Of a DNA stretch of 64,000 nt, positions 8,610-18,751 are shown piece by piece; the stretch's first letter is position 1, and every line of letters begins with the position of its first letter. The notes under the pieces are model-generated. The model was not told the origin of the DNA, did not search any database, and saw only the letters and a program-made list of their open reading frames with translations. Location: positions 32,001-96,000 of the forward strand of contig CAVQEQ010000003.1 in assembly GCA_963711565.1 (NCBI GenBank). Direction: 5' to 3'. Made by a program: the position numbers and the translations under genes. The stretch comes from an uncultured delta proteobacterium. GTDB lineage: Bacteria > Desulfobacterota > Binatia > Binatales > Binataceae.

Positions 8610-9218
8610 ATGAAACTCTACGACTTCAAGCTCGCCCCCAATCCACGGCGCGTGCGCGTCTTCCTGGCGGAAAAAGAAATCAGCGTCCCGCTCGAGGAAG
8701 TTGACATCTTCAAGGGCGTTAACCGCCAACCCGAGTTCCTCAAAAAGAACTCACTCGGCGGCATCCCAGTGCTCGAACTGGACGACGGCAGGCATCTCGC
8801 CGAGAGCGTCGCGATCTGCCGCTACTTCGAGCTGCTCCATCCGGAGCCGGCGTTGTTCGGCAAGGGCGCATTCGAGCAGGCGAGCGTCGAGATGTGGAAT
8901 CGGCGGATCGAATTGGCCGTGCTGGTGCCGGTCGGGATGGTGTGGGCGCATTCGCACGAGCTGACTCGCGCGCGCATCAAGCAGATTCCGGAAATGGGTG
9001 AGCAGAGCCGCAAAGTCGTCGAGCAGCGCTACCGATGGCTCGATCGCGAGCTCGAGGGGAAGCAGTTCATCGCGGGCGACAAATACTCAATCGCGGATAT
9101 CACCGCGATGGTCGTCATCGACTTCGCGAAGTTCAACAACATTTCGATTGAGCCGGAGCAGAAGAATCTCGCGCGATGGCATCAGGCAGTCTCGTCGCGC
9201 CCGAGCGCAGCCGCCTAA
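8610..9218 (+). CDS. Glutathione S-transferase family protein
   Basis: APNPRRVRVFLAEK, IPVLELDDG, ESVAICRY, SIADI. Confidence 0.92.
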   Translation: MKLYDFKLAPNPRRVRVFLAEKEISVPLEEVDIFKGVNRQPEFLKKNSLGGIPVLELDDGRHLAESVAICRYFELLHPEPALFGKGAFEQASVEMWNRRIELAVLVPVGMVWAHSHELTRARIKQIPEMGEQSRKVVEQRYRWLDRELEGKQFIAGDKYSIADITAMVVIDFAKFNNISIEPEQKNLARWHQAVSSRPSAAA

Positions 9219-9238
9219 CCGGCGACGCGGCCCAGTCT

Positions 9239-9739
9239 TTAATCGACGCGTCCGTGGATTCCACAGGTCGGCGCGATACCCATCCGCTCGTAGTAGCGCT
9301 GGTGATATTCCTCGGCGCGGTAGAACTCACCGGCGGGCGCGATCTGCGTAACGACCGGGCGCCCGAGCTTGTCGGATTCATCGAGCCGCCGTTTGGATTC
9401 CTCGGCGGTCTTACGCTCGTTCTCATCGGAATAAAAGATGACCGAGCGGTATTGCGTGCCGACGTCAGGACCCTGGCGGTTGAGCGTCGTCGGATCGTGA
9501 ATCTGCCAAAAGACTTCCAGCAGTTGCTCGAACGATACGCGCGCGGGGTCGTACTCGACCTGCACGACTTCGGCGTGTCCCGTCTTGCCACCGCAAACGG
9601 TCCGATAGCTGGGCTTCGGCACGGTGCCGCCCGCGTAGCCGACGGCCACATCGACGACGCCCTCGAGCGCGCGAAAAGCCGACTCGACACCCCAGAAGCA
9701 TCCGGCGCCAAATACCGCAAGTTTGTGCGTGTTGCTCAT
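9239..9739 (-). CDS. msrA: Peptide-methionine (S)-S-oxide reductase
   Basis: GCFWG active site, GHAEVV, QYRS, AEEYHQRY. Confidence 0.96.
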   Translation of the reverse strand: MSNTHKLAVFGAGCFWGVESAFRALEGVVDVAVGYAGGTVPKPSYRTVCGGKTGHAEVVQVEYDPARVSFEQLLEVFWQIHDPTTLNRQGPDVGTQYRSVIFYSDENERKTAEESKRRLDESDKLGRPVVTQIAPAGEFYRAEEYHQRYYERMGIAPTCGIHGRVD

Positions 9740-9868
9740 TTGCCTACTTAACGATGACTCGAAGCGCGAATCAATCCTCGCCCGGCCCGGTGAAAAGGCG
9801 AAAGCCCGCGCCGCCACTGTCCGATCGCTCCAAACCTGTGCCATTATTCAAGCGCAATGACAAGTATC

Positions 9869-10687
9869 ATGGCGAACAATAACCTGCGTTTCCTGAACTC
9901 GATCCTTGTTCTCGCGGCTGTTCTTGGTTTGTGGCGTCCGGTGGAAGCGGGTGCCGGGGATCTCAAGATCGCCGCCGCCTCCGATCTGACCTTCGCGTTC
10001 AAGGACGTAACCGCCCAATTTGAAAAGCAAACCGGCAACACCATCAAGCTTGCCTACGGCTCATCGGGAAATTTCTTCGCGCAGATTCAAAATGGCGCGC
10101 CGTTCGACCTGTTCTTTTCGGCCGATGTAGAGTATCCGAAAAAGCTCGCGGCCTTGGGTCTGATTGAACCCGGCTCTATCTACGAATATGCGAGCGGAAA
10201 ACTCGTGGTATGGGTTCCCAACGGATCGAAACTCGATCTCAGCCACGGTCTTGAGACGCTGCTCGATCCCGGCATCAGAAAGATCGCGATCGCCAATCCA
10301 CTGCACGCACCGTATGGCGCCGCGGCGGTTTCGGCGATACGCGAGGCGGGAATTTACGACAAGGTAAACAGCAAGTTCGTGCTCGGCGAAAATATCTCGC
10401 AGACCGCGCAGTTCGTTCAATCCGGCAACGCCGACATCGGCATCCTCGCGCTGTCGCTCGCGGTCGCGCCCGCGATGAAGGACAAGGGACGTTACGTCGA
10501 AATCCCGGCGACGGATTATCCACCTATCATCCAGGCCGCCGCGATTTTGAAATCGTCGCGTAATAAGGAACTCGCGAATCAGTTTATGAAGTTCATCAAG
10601 CAGCCTGATACTGTGGCGCTGATGGCGCGATACGGTTTCTCGATTCCGACGGCCGCCGAACAGGGAGCGACGGCCGCGCCGCACTGA
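9869..10687 (+). CDS. modA: Molybdate ABC transporter substrate-binding protein
   Basis: Signal peptide; AAASDL, GSSG, APYG, GENI motifs. Confidence 0.95.
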   Translation: MANNNLRFLNSILVLAAVLGLWRPVEAGAGDLKIAAASDLTFAFKDVTAQFEKQTGNTIKLAYGSSGNFFAQIQNGAPFDLFFSADVEYPKKLAALGLIEPGSIYEYASGKLVVWVPNGSKLDLSHGLETLLDPGIRKIAIANPLHAPYGAAAVSAIREAGIYDKVNSKFVLGENISQTAQFVQSGNADIGILALSLAVAPAMKDKGRYVEIPATDYPPIIQAAAILKSSRNKELANQFMKFIKQPDTVALMARYGFSIPTAAEQGATAAPH

Positions 10688-10693
10688 CCACCG

Positions 10694-11371
10694 ATGGATT
10701 GGCGCGCGATCTTCCTGACCCTTCGGCTCGCGCTGGTCGTCTGCACAACTCTGCTGATAATCGGGACGCCGATCGCGCTGTGGCTCAGCTTCACGCGCTG
10801 GCGATGGAAATTCTTCGTCGAGTCCGTCGTGGCGCTGCCACTCGTGCTCCCGCCCACCGTGCTCGGCTTCTACGTACTGGTCGCGATGGGCTCGAACAGT
10901 CCCGTCGGCCGCTGGTATCAGTCGTTCACCGGCCACGGCTTGCCGTTCACATTCGAGGGCCTGGCGATCGCGTCGGTCATCTACAGCCTGCCGTTCGCGG
11001 TCCAGCCGATGGCGGCGGCGTTCTCGCAGGTGGATCGCAATCTGATCAACGCGTCGTCGATACTCGGTGCGTCGCGCATACGCACTTTCACTCGCGTCGT
11101 GCTGCCGCTGTCGATTGGCGGCGTCGTCACCGGATTCGTGCTGAGCTTCGCGCATACGCTCGGCGAGTTCGGGGTTGTGTTGATGGTCGGCGGCAATATC
11201 CCGGGCGTGACGCGAACGATCTCGATTGCGATTTACGATCAGACGCAGGCGCTCGACTATGCGGGCGCGAATCGGATGGCGCTGGTGCTATTGGCGTTTG
11301 CCTTCGTCACGCTGTCGATCACGTATTCGCTCAACCGCCGGGTCTGGGCGGTGTGGCCGATGCATCGCTAG
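10694..11371 (+). CDS. modB: Molybdate ABC transporter permease
   Basis: LPLVLPPTVLGFY, FAHTLGEFGVVLMVGGNIPG. Confidence 0.95.
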   Translation: MDWRAIFLTLRLALVVCTTLLIIGTPIALWLSFTRWRWKFFVESVVALPLVLPPTVLGFYVLVAMGSNSPVGRWYQSFTGHGLPFTFEGLAIASVIYSLPFAVQPMAAAFSQVDRNLINASSILGASRIRTFTRVVLPLSIGGVVTGFVLSFAHTLGEFGVVLMVGGNIPGVTRTISIAIYDQTQALDYAGANRMALVLLAFAFVTLSITYSLNRRVWAVWPMHR

Positions 11372-11384
11372 CGGCCCGCGAACG

Positions 11385-12491
11385 ATGGCCCCCGACAACG
11401 GCTTATGGGTGCGCATCACGCATCGGCTCTCGAACAGCTTCGCACTCGAGGCTGCATTCGAGGCGTCGGCAGGCTTCACGATGATCCTGGGGCCGTCGGG
11501 CGGCGGCAAGACAACCCTGCTCAATTGCATCGCCGGATTCGCGCGGCCCGACGAGGGGCGCATCGCACTCGGCCCGCGGGTGTTGTTCGATTCGGACGAA
11601 CGCATCGACCTGCCGGCGGCAGAGCGTAGGTTAGGATACGTCTTTCAGAACCTCGCGCTGTTCCCCCATCTGACGGTCGCGCAAAATGTTCAATACGGAA
11701 TCGTGAAACTGCCCGCCGAGGAACGGCGCGCGCGCATGATGACGATGCTCGATTCGTTTCACATCGCGCAGCTTATCGCGCGCAAGCCCGGCGAGATTTC
11801 CGGCGGCGAGCGCCAGCGGGTCGCACTCGCGCGCTCGCTGGTGACGAATCCCTCAGTGCTGATGCTCGACGAGCCGTTGTCCGCGCTCGACCACGCAACC
11901 AAATCCAAAATCCTCGACGACCTGCGCGCCTGGAACACAGCCCACGAAATTCCAATCCTGTACGTAACCCATTCGGCTGAAGAAGCCTTCGCGCTGGGAG
12001 AGCGTGTAGTGGTGCTGGAAGGCGGCCGGATCCTCGCGCAGGGGATGCCGCAATTCGTCCTTACAACACCGCGCCACGAAACGATCGCCCAGGTAGTGGG
12101 TTTCGAAAACGTCTTCGACGCAACAGTAAAATCAATCGCAGAGACCCAAGGCACGATGCTCTGTCAGTTGGACGGGAGCCCAGCCCAATTGGAAGTCCCA
12201 CTAGGCCACGCAGAGACGGGAGCGCGAGTAAGAATAGCGATCCGCGCCGGCGACATAATCATCGCGGGCGAGCAACCGCACAACCTGAGCGCCCGCAATT
12301 CTTTTCAGGGAAGAATCCAGTCGATCCGCCGCGAGGGCGTGCGGGTAACAGTAATGGTCGAAGCCGGCGCAAATTTCGAGATCCACCTGACTCCGGCCGC
12401 AATCGACGACTTGCGATTGGAAGACGGAAAGGAAGTCTGGCTGGTGATCAAGACCTACTCGTGCAACCTGGTCGAGCCTTCGACGCGATAA
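11385..12491 (+). CDS. modC: Molybdate ABC transporter ATP-binding protein with TOBE domains
   Basis: Walker A GPSGGGKT, ISGGERQRVALAR, LSARN TOBE motif. Confidence 0.93.
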   Translation: MAPDNGLWVRITHRLSNSFALEAAFEASAGFTMILGPSGGGKTTLLNCIAGFARPDEGRIALGPRVLFDSDERIDLPAAERRLGYVFQNLALFPHLTVAQNVQYGIVKLPAEERRARMMTMLDSFHIAQLIARKPGEISGGERQRVALARSLVTNPSVLMLDEPLSALDHATKSKILDDLRAWNTAHEIPILYVTHSAEEAFALGERVVVLEGGRILAQGMPQFVLTTPRHETIAQVVGFENVFDATVKSIAETQGTMLCQLDGSPAQLEVPLGHAETGARVRIAIRAGDIIIAGEQPHNLSARNSFQGRIQSIRREGVRVTVMVEAGANFEIHLTPAAIDDLRLEDGKEVWLVIKTYSCNLVEPSTR

Positions 12492-12524
12492 TCACGCCAA
12501 ATACGGCGCGCTGGCTTGGAGGGA

Positions 12525-12601
12525 TGGTGCCCCCTGCGGGATTCGAACCCACGGCCCCAGGATTAGGAATCCTGTGCTCTATCCATCTGAGCTAAGGGGG
12601 C
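12525..12601 (-). tRNA. tRNA-Arg (CCT)
   Basis: GCCCCCTTAGCTCAGATGGATAGAGCACAGGATT-CCT-AATCCTGGGGCCGTGGGTTCGAATCCCGCAGGGGGCACCA; cloverleaf with encoded CCA. Confidence 0.96.
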
Positions 12602-12673
12602 GAGCTGAATACTTGGTCATATCAAACAGTTGCGAGCCTTGCGACCCTGGCATTGGGTTCAGCCTCCTTTTCA

Positions 12674-12693
12674 GTGCCCAGATCGGTGCCCAG
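12674..12693. repeat. Tandem GTGCCCAG direct repeat next to tRNA (integrase arm-site-like)
   Basis: GTGCCCAG at 12674-12681 and 12686-12693. Confidence 0.4.
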
Positions 12694-12846
12694 TCCCCGC
12701 CAGATTCCGCAAGAACGCCTCTGTAAAACGGTCGGAGGCAAAAGGAAAAGCAAAGGGCGCCATCTACAAGCAATAACAACGGTTCACGTGGTATCGTCCG
12801 ACGGAATCGAGCGGATTGTCCGCGGTTTTAGAGATTGAACGAAGTC

Positions 12847-13443
12847 ATGAATGAAGCGCCGCCCGTCGTTTACCTCGCGCGGCACGGTGAGACTGTGTGG
12901 AGTCTTTCGGGCCAACACACCGGGCTTACCGATCTGCCGTTGACCGAGCGCGGCGAGCGCAACGCACGCCGGCTTGCTGATAGGCTCGAGGGACTGAGTT
13001 TCAAGCGGGTGTTCACCAGCCCGTTGCAACGCGCGGTGCGGACGTGCGAGTTGGCAGGCTTCGGCGCGCAGGCCGAAGTCGATCGCGACTTGGTCGAATG
13101 GAACTACGGAGAATACGAAGGGCGACGGACGGAGGACATCCATGCGGAGCGCCCGGACTGGCAACTATTTCGCGACGGTTGTCCAGGCGGCGAGTCACCC
13201 GGGCGGGTCGGCGTGCGGGCCGACCGAGTCGTGAAGCGTTTGCGCGAGATTGCGGGCAGCGTGCTGATTTTTTCGAGCGGTCACTTTCTGCGAGTACTGA
13301 GCGCGCGTTGGCTCGGGCTGGAACCGCTCGCGGGCAAGTACTTGCTGCTCAGCACGGCGAGCTTGAGCGCTCTGGGTTACGAACACAATTTATCCCAGCC
13401 GGTTATTCAACTTTGGAACGATACGAATCATGTGGGCTCATGA
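12847..13443 (+). CDS. Histidine phosphatase (phosphoglycerate mutase family)
   Basis: LARHGET, SPLQRA, EWNYGEYEG, SSGHFLR. Confidence 0.92.
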   Translation: MNEAPPVVYLARHGETVWSLSGQHTGLTDLPLTERGERNARRLADRLEGLSFKRVFTSPLQRAVRTCELAGFGAQAEVDRDLVEWNYGEYEGRRTEDIHAERPDWQLFRDGCPGGESPGRVGVRADRVVKRLREIAGSVLIFSSGHFLRVLSARWLGLEPLAGKYLLLSTASLSALGYEHNLSQPVIQLWNDTNHVGS

Positions 13444-13516
13444 CCGTCGCCGCGGTACTTTCAACTGTACCTGGCGAAGCCCGGCATACACTAAACAAAG
13501 CTCTGGAGGTGCGACC

Positions 13517-14593
13517 ATGAAGGCTACTCAAACGCTCCACAATCTTGGGCAGAGCATCTGGCTCGACAATATCACGCGCGAACTGCTCGATAGCGGCACG
13601 CTCAAACGCTACATCAGCGATCTGTCGGTCACGGGCTTGACCTCGAATCCGACGATCTTCGACCACGCGATCGCTCACAGCAAGTCGTACGATCCCGAAA
13701 TTCGCCGGCTGGTGGGCACAGGCCTTGCCGGTGAATCATTGTTCTTCGAGCTGGCGGTGCAGGACTTGACGCGCGCCGCCGATCTGTTCGCGCCAATCAA
13801 CGAACGCACGGCTGGCGTCGATGGCTTCGTATCGCTGGAAGTGTCGCCGGTTCTCGCCTACGACACAAAAGCTACGGTGGAGCAGGCCAAAGCTCTTCAC
13901 AAGAAAGCCAACCGGCGGAACTTGTTCATCAAAATTCCGGGCACGAGGGAAGGAGCGCCTGCGATCGAAGAGGCGATCTTTTCGGGCGTGCCGGTGAACG
14001 TGACCCTGCTGTTCTCGCGCGACCACTACGTGGCCGCCGCCGAGGCTTATATGCGCGGGCTGGAGCGGCGCATCTCTGCCGGTCTGAGCCCGGAAGTCCG
14101 CTCGGTGGCGTCGCTTTTCATCAGCCGCTGGGACAAGGCCACGATGGATAAAGTGCCCGACAAGGATCGCGACAAGCTGGGAGTCGCCATCGGCCAGCAA
14201 ACTTACAAGGCGTATCGCGACGTACTGGAGTCGGATCGTTGGCAGCGGCTGACGAACTCTGGTGCGCGCGCCCAACGGCTGCTGTTTGCAAGCACTGGCA
14301 CTAAAGATCCCAAGGCCTCCGATGTCCTCTATATAGGCGCGCTGGCCGCTCCGAACACGGTCAACACAATGCCGGAGGAGACATTGCTCGCGTTCGGCGA
14401 ACACGGTCAGGCGAGCGGCGTCATCCCGCGTGACGGCGCGGACTGCGAAGAAGTGCTGGCAGAGTTCGGACGGGTTGGAATCGATGTGGCAAAGCTTGGC
14501 GCCGACCTGCAGACGGAAGGAGCCAAGTCCTTCGTCAACTCGTGGCAGGACCTGTTGAAGTCTATCGAGACCAAGAGCAACGCGCTCAAGTAG
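13517..14593 (+). CDS. tal: Transaldolase
   Basis: RBS GGAGG; GQSIWLDN, GLTSNPTIF, FIKIP, NVTLLFS, SLFISR, VNTMP. Confidence 0.95.
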   Translation: MKATQTLHNLGQSIWLDNITRELLDSGTLKRYISDLSVTGLTSNPTIFDHAIAHSKSYDPEIRRLVGTGLAGESLFFELAVQDLTRAADLFAPINERTAGVDGFVSLEVSPVLAYDTKATVEQAKALHKKANRRNLFIKIPGTREGAPAIEEAIFSGVPVNVTLLFSRDHYVAAAEAYMRGLERRISAGLSPEVRSVASLFISRWDKATMDKVPDKDRDKLGVAIGQQTYKAYRDVLESDRWQRLTNSGARAQRLLFASTGTKDPKASDVLYIGALAAPNTVNTMPEETLLAFGEHGQASGVIPRDGADCEEVLAEFGRVGIDVAKLGADLQTEGAKSFVNSWQDLLKSIETKSNALK

Positions 14594-14637
14594 CGATGGA
14601 ACATTCAAGCTGAAGTTCGGACACGCCCGGCCCTCTC

Positions 14638-15069
14638 TTACTCCTCCTTTGGAGTAGTGCTGGCTGGGCCCTTGAGCGCGTAATGCATCGCATAGTCGGG
14701 ATCGCCTCCCGCCTGCACCCATATCGCCAGATCGGCCAACGTAAGATCCTCGCGGGTAAGCGCCATCTCGCGCAGGATACCGACCGTCGCGGCGCGCTCG
14801 TCCTCGAGCTCTTCGCGCTTGATGCGTAGTTCCTCGGCCTGCGCTTTCTGTGACTGCGCCTGCGCGCGGATTAACTCAACGTTGGCCGCATTCAGTTCGC
14901 GACTGGATTGCGTGCTGATGTAGCCGGTCGCCGTAGTGCCGGCCGTCCCGGCGAGCGATGCCGCGCCCTCGACGCCGGGCGCCGCAAGCAAGGCGCATCC
15001 GGAAGCCATAAACGCGAGGGCAACCAAGGCGATGATTCGGACCGACACGTTCTGACGGGTCTGACACAT
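14638..15069 (-). CDS. Hypothetical lipoprotein with coiled coil
   Basis: RBS GGAGGG; hydrophobic stretch plus lipobox ASG-C; helical Q/E-rich middle. Confidence 0.6.
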   Translation of the reverse strand: MCQTRQNVSVRIIALVALAFMASGCALLAAPGVEGAASLAGTAGTTATGYISTQSSRELNAANVELIRAQAQSQKAQAEELRIKREELEDERAATVGILREMALTREDLTLADLAIWVQAGGDPDYAMHYALKGPASTTPKEE

Positions 15070-15269
15070 CCTGATCGCCCCTCCACGGGCTTGTAATATG
15101 TACGTAGCGCCGCGTCGTCGGATGCGTCGGACCTGTCGGCGTTGAAGACTCCCGCGGATGTCCCGTCAAATCTGCGCCATTTCGCGGGGGCGCGCGCTGA
15201 TGTACAAATCATTAGTCAGGTTTCATTTGAGCGCCTGGCCACCGATCCGGTCGCGACTGGAAATACCAC

Positions 15270-16949
15270 ATGGCGGATGACAAAAATTCTCTCCGATCGA
15301 ATAGTAGCGTGTTGGTTGACGGGCCTTCGCGGGCGCCGGCGCGCGCAATGCTCAAGGCCGTCGGGTTTACTGATGAAGACTTGAGCAAACCGCTTATCGC
15401 CGTCGCACATACGTGGATCGAGATCATGCCGTGCACGGCGCATCTGCGGGATCTGGCCGAGCACGTTAAGCGCGGGATTCGCGCGGCGGGGGCTACGCCG
15501 ATTGAGTTCAACACGATTGCCGTTTGCGACGGGATCTCGATGGGGACGCACGGCATGCGCGCATCCTTGATTAGCCGCGAAGTGATCGCCGACTCGATCG
15601 AGCTCACCGTGCGCGGGCATCTGTTCGACGGCGTCGTCGCAATGTCGGGATGCGACAAAACGATTCCCGCAACCGTCATGGCGTTGCAGCGGCTCGACCT
15701 CCCGTCGCTGATGATTTACGGCGGCTCGATCCAGCCGGGGCGCTTTGGCGATCAGCAGGTTTCGATCCAGGACGTGTTCGAAGCCGTGGGAGCGCATTCG
15801 GCCGGCAAGATGAAGCTCGAGGATCTCAAGAAACTTGAAGACGTCGCGTGTCCCGGAGTTGGCGCATGCGGCGGGCAATTCACCGCTAACACGATGGCGC
15901 TGGCGACCGAGCTGCTGGGAATCTCGCCGATGGGCTCGAACAGTATTCCCGCGACCGATCCTAAAAAGCCGGAGAGCGCGTTCCAGGCCGGACGGCTCGT
16001 CGTCGATTTGCTCAAGAAAAAACTCAAACCGAGCCAGATAATCACGAAGAAGGCGCTCGAGAACGCGATCGCGTCGGTCGCGATGACGGGCGGCTCGACC
16101 AACGCGGTTCTGCATCTGCTCGCGATCGCGCACGAGGCGGGAATCGCGCTCGACATCGAAGACTTCGATCGCATCAGCTCGCGTACTCCGCTGCTGGCGG
16201 ACCTGAAGCCGGGCGGGCGGTTCCTCGCGACCGATATGTACAAGGCGGGCGGGATCCCGCTGATCGCAAGACGCCTCAAGGAAGCCCTGCTGCACGAAAA
16301 CGAAATGACGGTGACCGGCAGAACGATCGGCGTCGAGGCCGAGGCGGCGCGCGAGACTGCCGGGCAGGAAGTCGTGCGGCCGGTCACTAAACCAATCAAA
16401 CAAACCGGCGGGCTGGTGATTTTGAAGGGCAACCTCGCGCCGGAAGGATGCGTGGTCAAGGTCGCGGGGCACGAGCGCATGACACATCGCGGGCCCGCGC
16501 GCGTGTTCGATTGTGAGGACGACGCCTTCAAAGCGGTCTCGGCACAGAAGATCAAGCCGGGCGACGTCGTCGTCATCCGCTACGAAGGCCCGCGTGGCGC
16601 GCCGGGGATGCCCGAGATGCTCGGCGTCACGGCGGCGCTGTCGGGCCAGGGTCTTGGTGAATCGGTCAGCCTGCTGACGGACGGGCGATTCTCGGGCGCG
16701 ACGCACGGCCTGATGGCTGGGCACGTCGCGCCGGAAGCCGCGGTCGGCGGCCCGATAGCGGCGGTCCGCGATGGCGACGTGATAACGTTCGATATCGCGA
16801 AGCGCCGACTCGACGTTGCGCTCAGCGACGAGGAACTCCGGACGCGGCTTAAGAATTGGAAAGCGCCTGAGCCTCATTACAAGAGCGGGGTGATGGCGAA
16901 GTACGCACAGACAGTATCGTCATCGTCGCGCGGGGCTGTGACAAATTGA
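15270..16949 (+). CDS. ilvD: Dihydroxy-acid dehydratase
   Basis: [42 protein letters not shown]. Confidence 0.97.
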   Translation: MADDKNSLRSNSSVLVDGPSRAPARAMLKAVGFTDEDLSKPLIAVAHTWIEIMPCTAHLRDLAEHVKRGIRAAGATPIEFNTIAVCDGISMGTHGMRASLISREVIADSIELTVRGHLFDGVVAMSGCDKTIPATVMALQRLDLPSLMIYGGSIQPGRFGDQQVSIQDVFEAVGAHSAGKMKLEDLKKLEDVACPGVGACGGQFTANTMALATELLGISPMGSNSIPATDPKKPESAFQAGRLVVDLLKKKLKPSQIITKKALENAIASVAMTGGSTNAVLHLLAIAHEAGIALDIEDFDRISSRTPLLADLKPGGRFLATDMYKAGGIPLIARRLKEALLHENEMTVTGRTIGVEAEAARETAGQEVVRPVTKPIKQTGGLVILKGNLAPEGCVVKVAGHERMTHRGPARVFDCEDDAFKAVSAQKIKPGDVVVIRYEGPRGAPGMPEMLGVTAALSGQGLGESVSLLTDGRFSGATHGLMAGHVAPEAAVGGPIAAVRDGDVITFDIAKRRLDVALSDEELRTRLKNWKAPEPHYKSGVMAKYAQTVSSSSRGAVTN

Positions 16950-17725
16950 AGGAGTCAGCGGAATCGGCGGCAGAAGCTCCCGCGCGCGCAGCGCGCCGAC
17001 GCTTCTGCCGCCGGCTGTTTGCGACGCTCGCGATGCTGGCGATGCCGGCAGTCGTCCTGCACGCGCGCGTCGCGCGCGCGCAGGACGACTGGCAAGTCAT
17101 CGAGCGGCATACGACGTCGCAGGCGCCGGGCGACGCCGGCGCCGGCGCGCCCGCCGTCAAGGCGGGCGCCGGCACGGTCGTGGCCTGCGGCGAAGAGGCC
17201 AAGCCCGCCGACGAACCCTATAAGAGCATGGTCGCCCAGCTCAACGATATGTGGGGAACGAACTTCCAGGTTTACGAATCGCTCAAATCGGGCTCGCCCC
17301 ACGCCCGCAACGGTGGCTGCCTTTTCTACAACCAGCAGTTCCTGAACAGCCTCCTTCAACAGTGGATGAGAATCGACGACCCGGACGCCGTGCGCCCGAT
17401 GCTCTACGCGATCTTCGCGCACGAGATCGGTCACCTCGCGCACAACGACTTTGATCCCGCCAGTCAAGACGTTCCTGTGAGAAACAAGGAGCTGGCGGCG
17501 GATCAGTTTGCCGGCTACTCGCTCGAGCGGATGGGGATTCGTCGCCTGGATCCGGTCGAAGTTACGCGCTACTACCAGCTCACGGGCGATGACTTCGTTG
17601 GTCAGGCGTCCGGACATGGCAGCGGCGACGAGCGCTCGACGGCGTTCGAGGACGGATGGCATCGCGCGGAAGTCGGACTGCCGGAACAAGGGACGCAGCA
17701 AGCCGGCGGACTCGGCGAGCCTTAA
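16946..17725 (+). CDS. Exported zinc metallopeptidase-like protein
   Basis: N-terminal RRRF plus hydrophobic signal; AHEIGH and ELAADQFAG motifs; HG near C-terminus. Confidence 0.65.
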   Translation: MKESAESAAEAPARAARRRFCRRLFATLAMLAMPAVVLHARVARAQDDWQVIERHTTSQAPGDAGAGAPAVKAGAGTVVACGEEAKPADEPYKSMVAQLNDMWGTNFQVYESLKSGSPHARNGGCLFYNQQFLNSLLQQWMRIDDPDAVRPMLYAIFAHEIGHLAHNDFDPASQDVPVRNKELAADQFAGYSLERMGIRRLDPVEVTRYYQLTGDDFVGQASGHGSGDERSTAFEDGWHRAEVGLPEQGTQQAGGLGEP

Positions 17726-17749
17726 ATTTCCTGGTCGTAATCGTTTAGC

Positions 17750-18745
17750 ATGAGCGCCTCGACAATTTCGAATTCATCACAGACTGCGACCGCCGCGATT
17801 CGCGTTGAAGCCGACGCGATCGAAGCGCGCGTCCTTGGCTTTCGCTACGGGGATCGCCAGGCACTGAGCGACGTAAGTTTTTCGATCGCTCGCGGCGAAA
17901 TCTTTGGCTTCCTTGGACCCAACGGCGGCGGCAAAACCACTCTGTTCAAGCTGCTTTCGACGCTGGCGCCGATCCAATCGGGAAGCGCGCGACTTTTCGG
18001 CCACGACCTGGCGGGCGAAACCAGCGCGGTGCGGCGGCGCCTCGGCGTCGTGTTTCAGCATCCGAGTCTCGACGGTAAGCTGACCGTCGGCGAAAATCTC
18101 GCGGCTCACGGTCATCTATATGGAATCGCCGGCAAGCGGTTGCGCGAGCGAAGTGCGGCGATGCTCGAGCGGCTCGGGTTGTCGGCGCGCGAGCGCGACC
18201 GGGTCGAGACGTTGTCGGGCGGACTCCAGCGCCGGGTCGAACTCGCCAAGGCGCTCCTCCACGAGCCGGCACTGCTGCTGCTCGACGAGCCCAGCACGGG
18301 GCTTGATCCGGCGGCGCGCCGCGAATTTTGGAACTATCTCGAGCACCTGCGCGAGAAAGAGGGCGTGACCGTTGTGCTGACGACGCATTACATGGAAGAG
18401 GCCGAGCGATGCGATCGCATTGGGATCATGCATCAAGGCAAGCTGGTCGCCATTGCGCCGCCCGGCGAGCTCAAGTCCGAAGTCGGCGGTGACGTGATCG
18501 TGATCCGGACGGAAGAGCCTGAAATTTTGCAGCGAAAAATACTGGCGCGCTTCAAGCTCAAGAGCCAACTCGTGGACGGCGCGATACGGATCGAGAAATT
18601 GCGCGCGCATGAACTGGTTCGCGACCTGATCGACGCATTCGGCGAGGAGATCGAATCGGTTTCCTTCGGTAAGCCGACGCTCGAGGACGTCTTCGTGCAT
18701 CTCACCGGTCATCAGTTTTTCGCGAACACGCCGGAGACGGAGTAG
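17750..18745 (+). CDS. ABC-2 type exporter ATP-binding protein
   Basis: GPNGGGKTT, LSGGLQRR, LLLDEPSTGLD, PTLEDVF. Confidence 0.93.
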   Translation: MSASTISNSSQTATAAIRVEADAIEARVLGFRYGDRQALSDVSFSIARGEIFGFLGPNGGGKTTLFKLLSTLAPIQSGSARLFGHDLAGETSAVRRRLGVVFQHPSLDGKLTVGENLAAHGHLYGIAGKRLRERSAAMLERLGLSARERDRVETLSGGLQRRVELAKALLHEPALLLLDEPSTGLDPAARREFWNYLEHLREKEGVTVVLTTHYMEEAERCDRIGIMHQGKLVAIAPPGELKSEVGGDVIVIRTEEPEILQRKILARFKLKSQLVDGAIRIEKLRAHELVRDLIDAFGEEIESVSFGKPTLEDVFVHLTGHQFFANTPETE

Positions 18746-18751
18746 GCGGCG

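Noticed and set aside
15216-16877. Long antisense or shadow ORFs (553 aa here; also 2785-4107, 31287-32657, 59769-61160)
   Set aside because: They mirror well-supported genes; stop-codon scarcity is expected in high-GC DNA and they show no motifs
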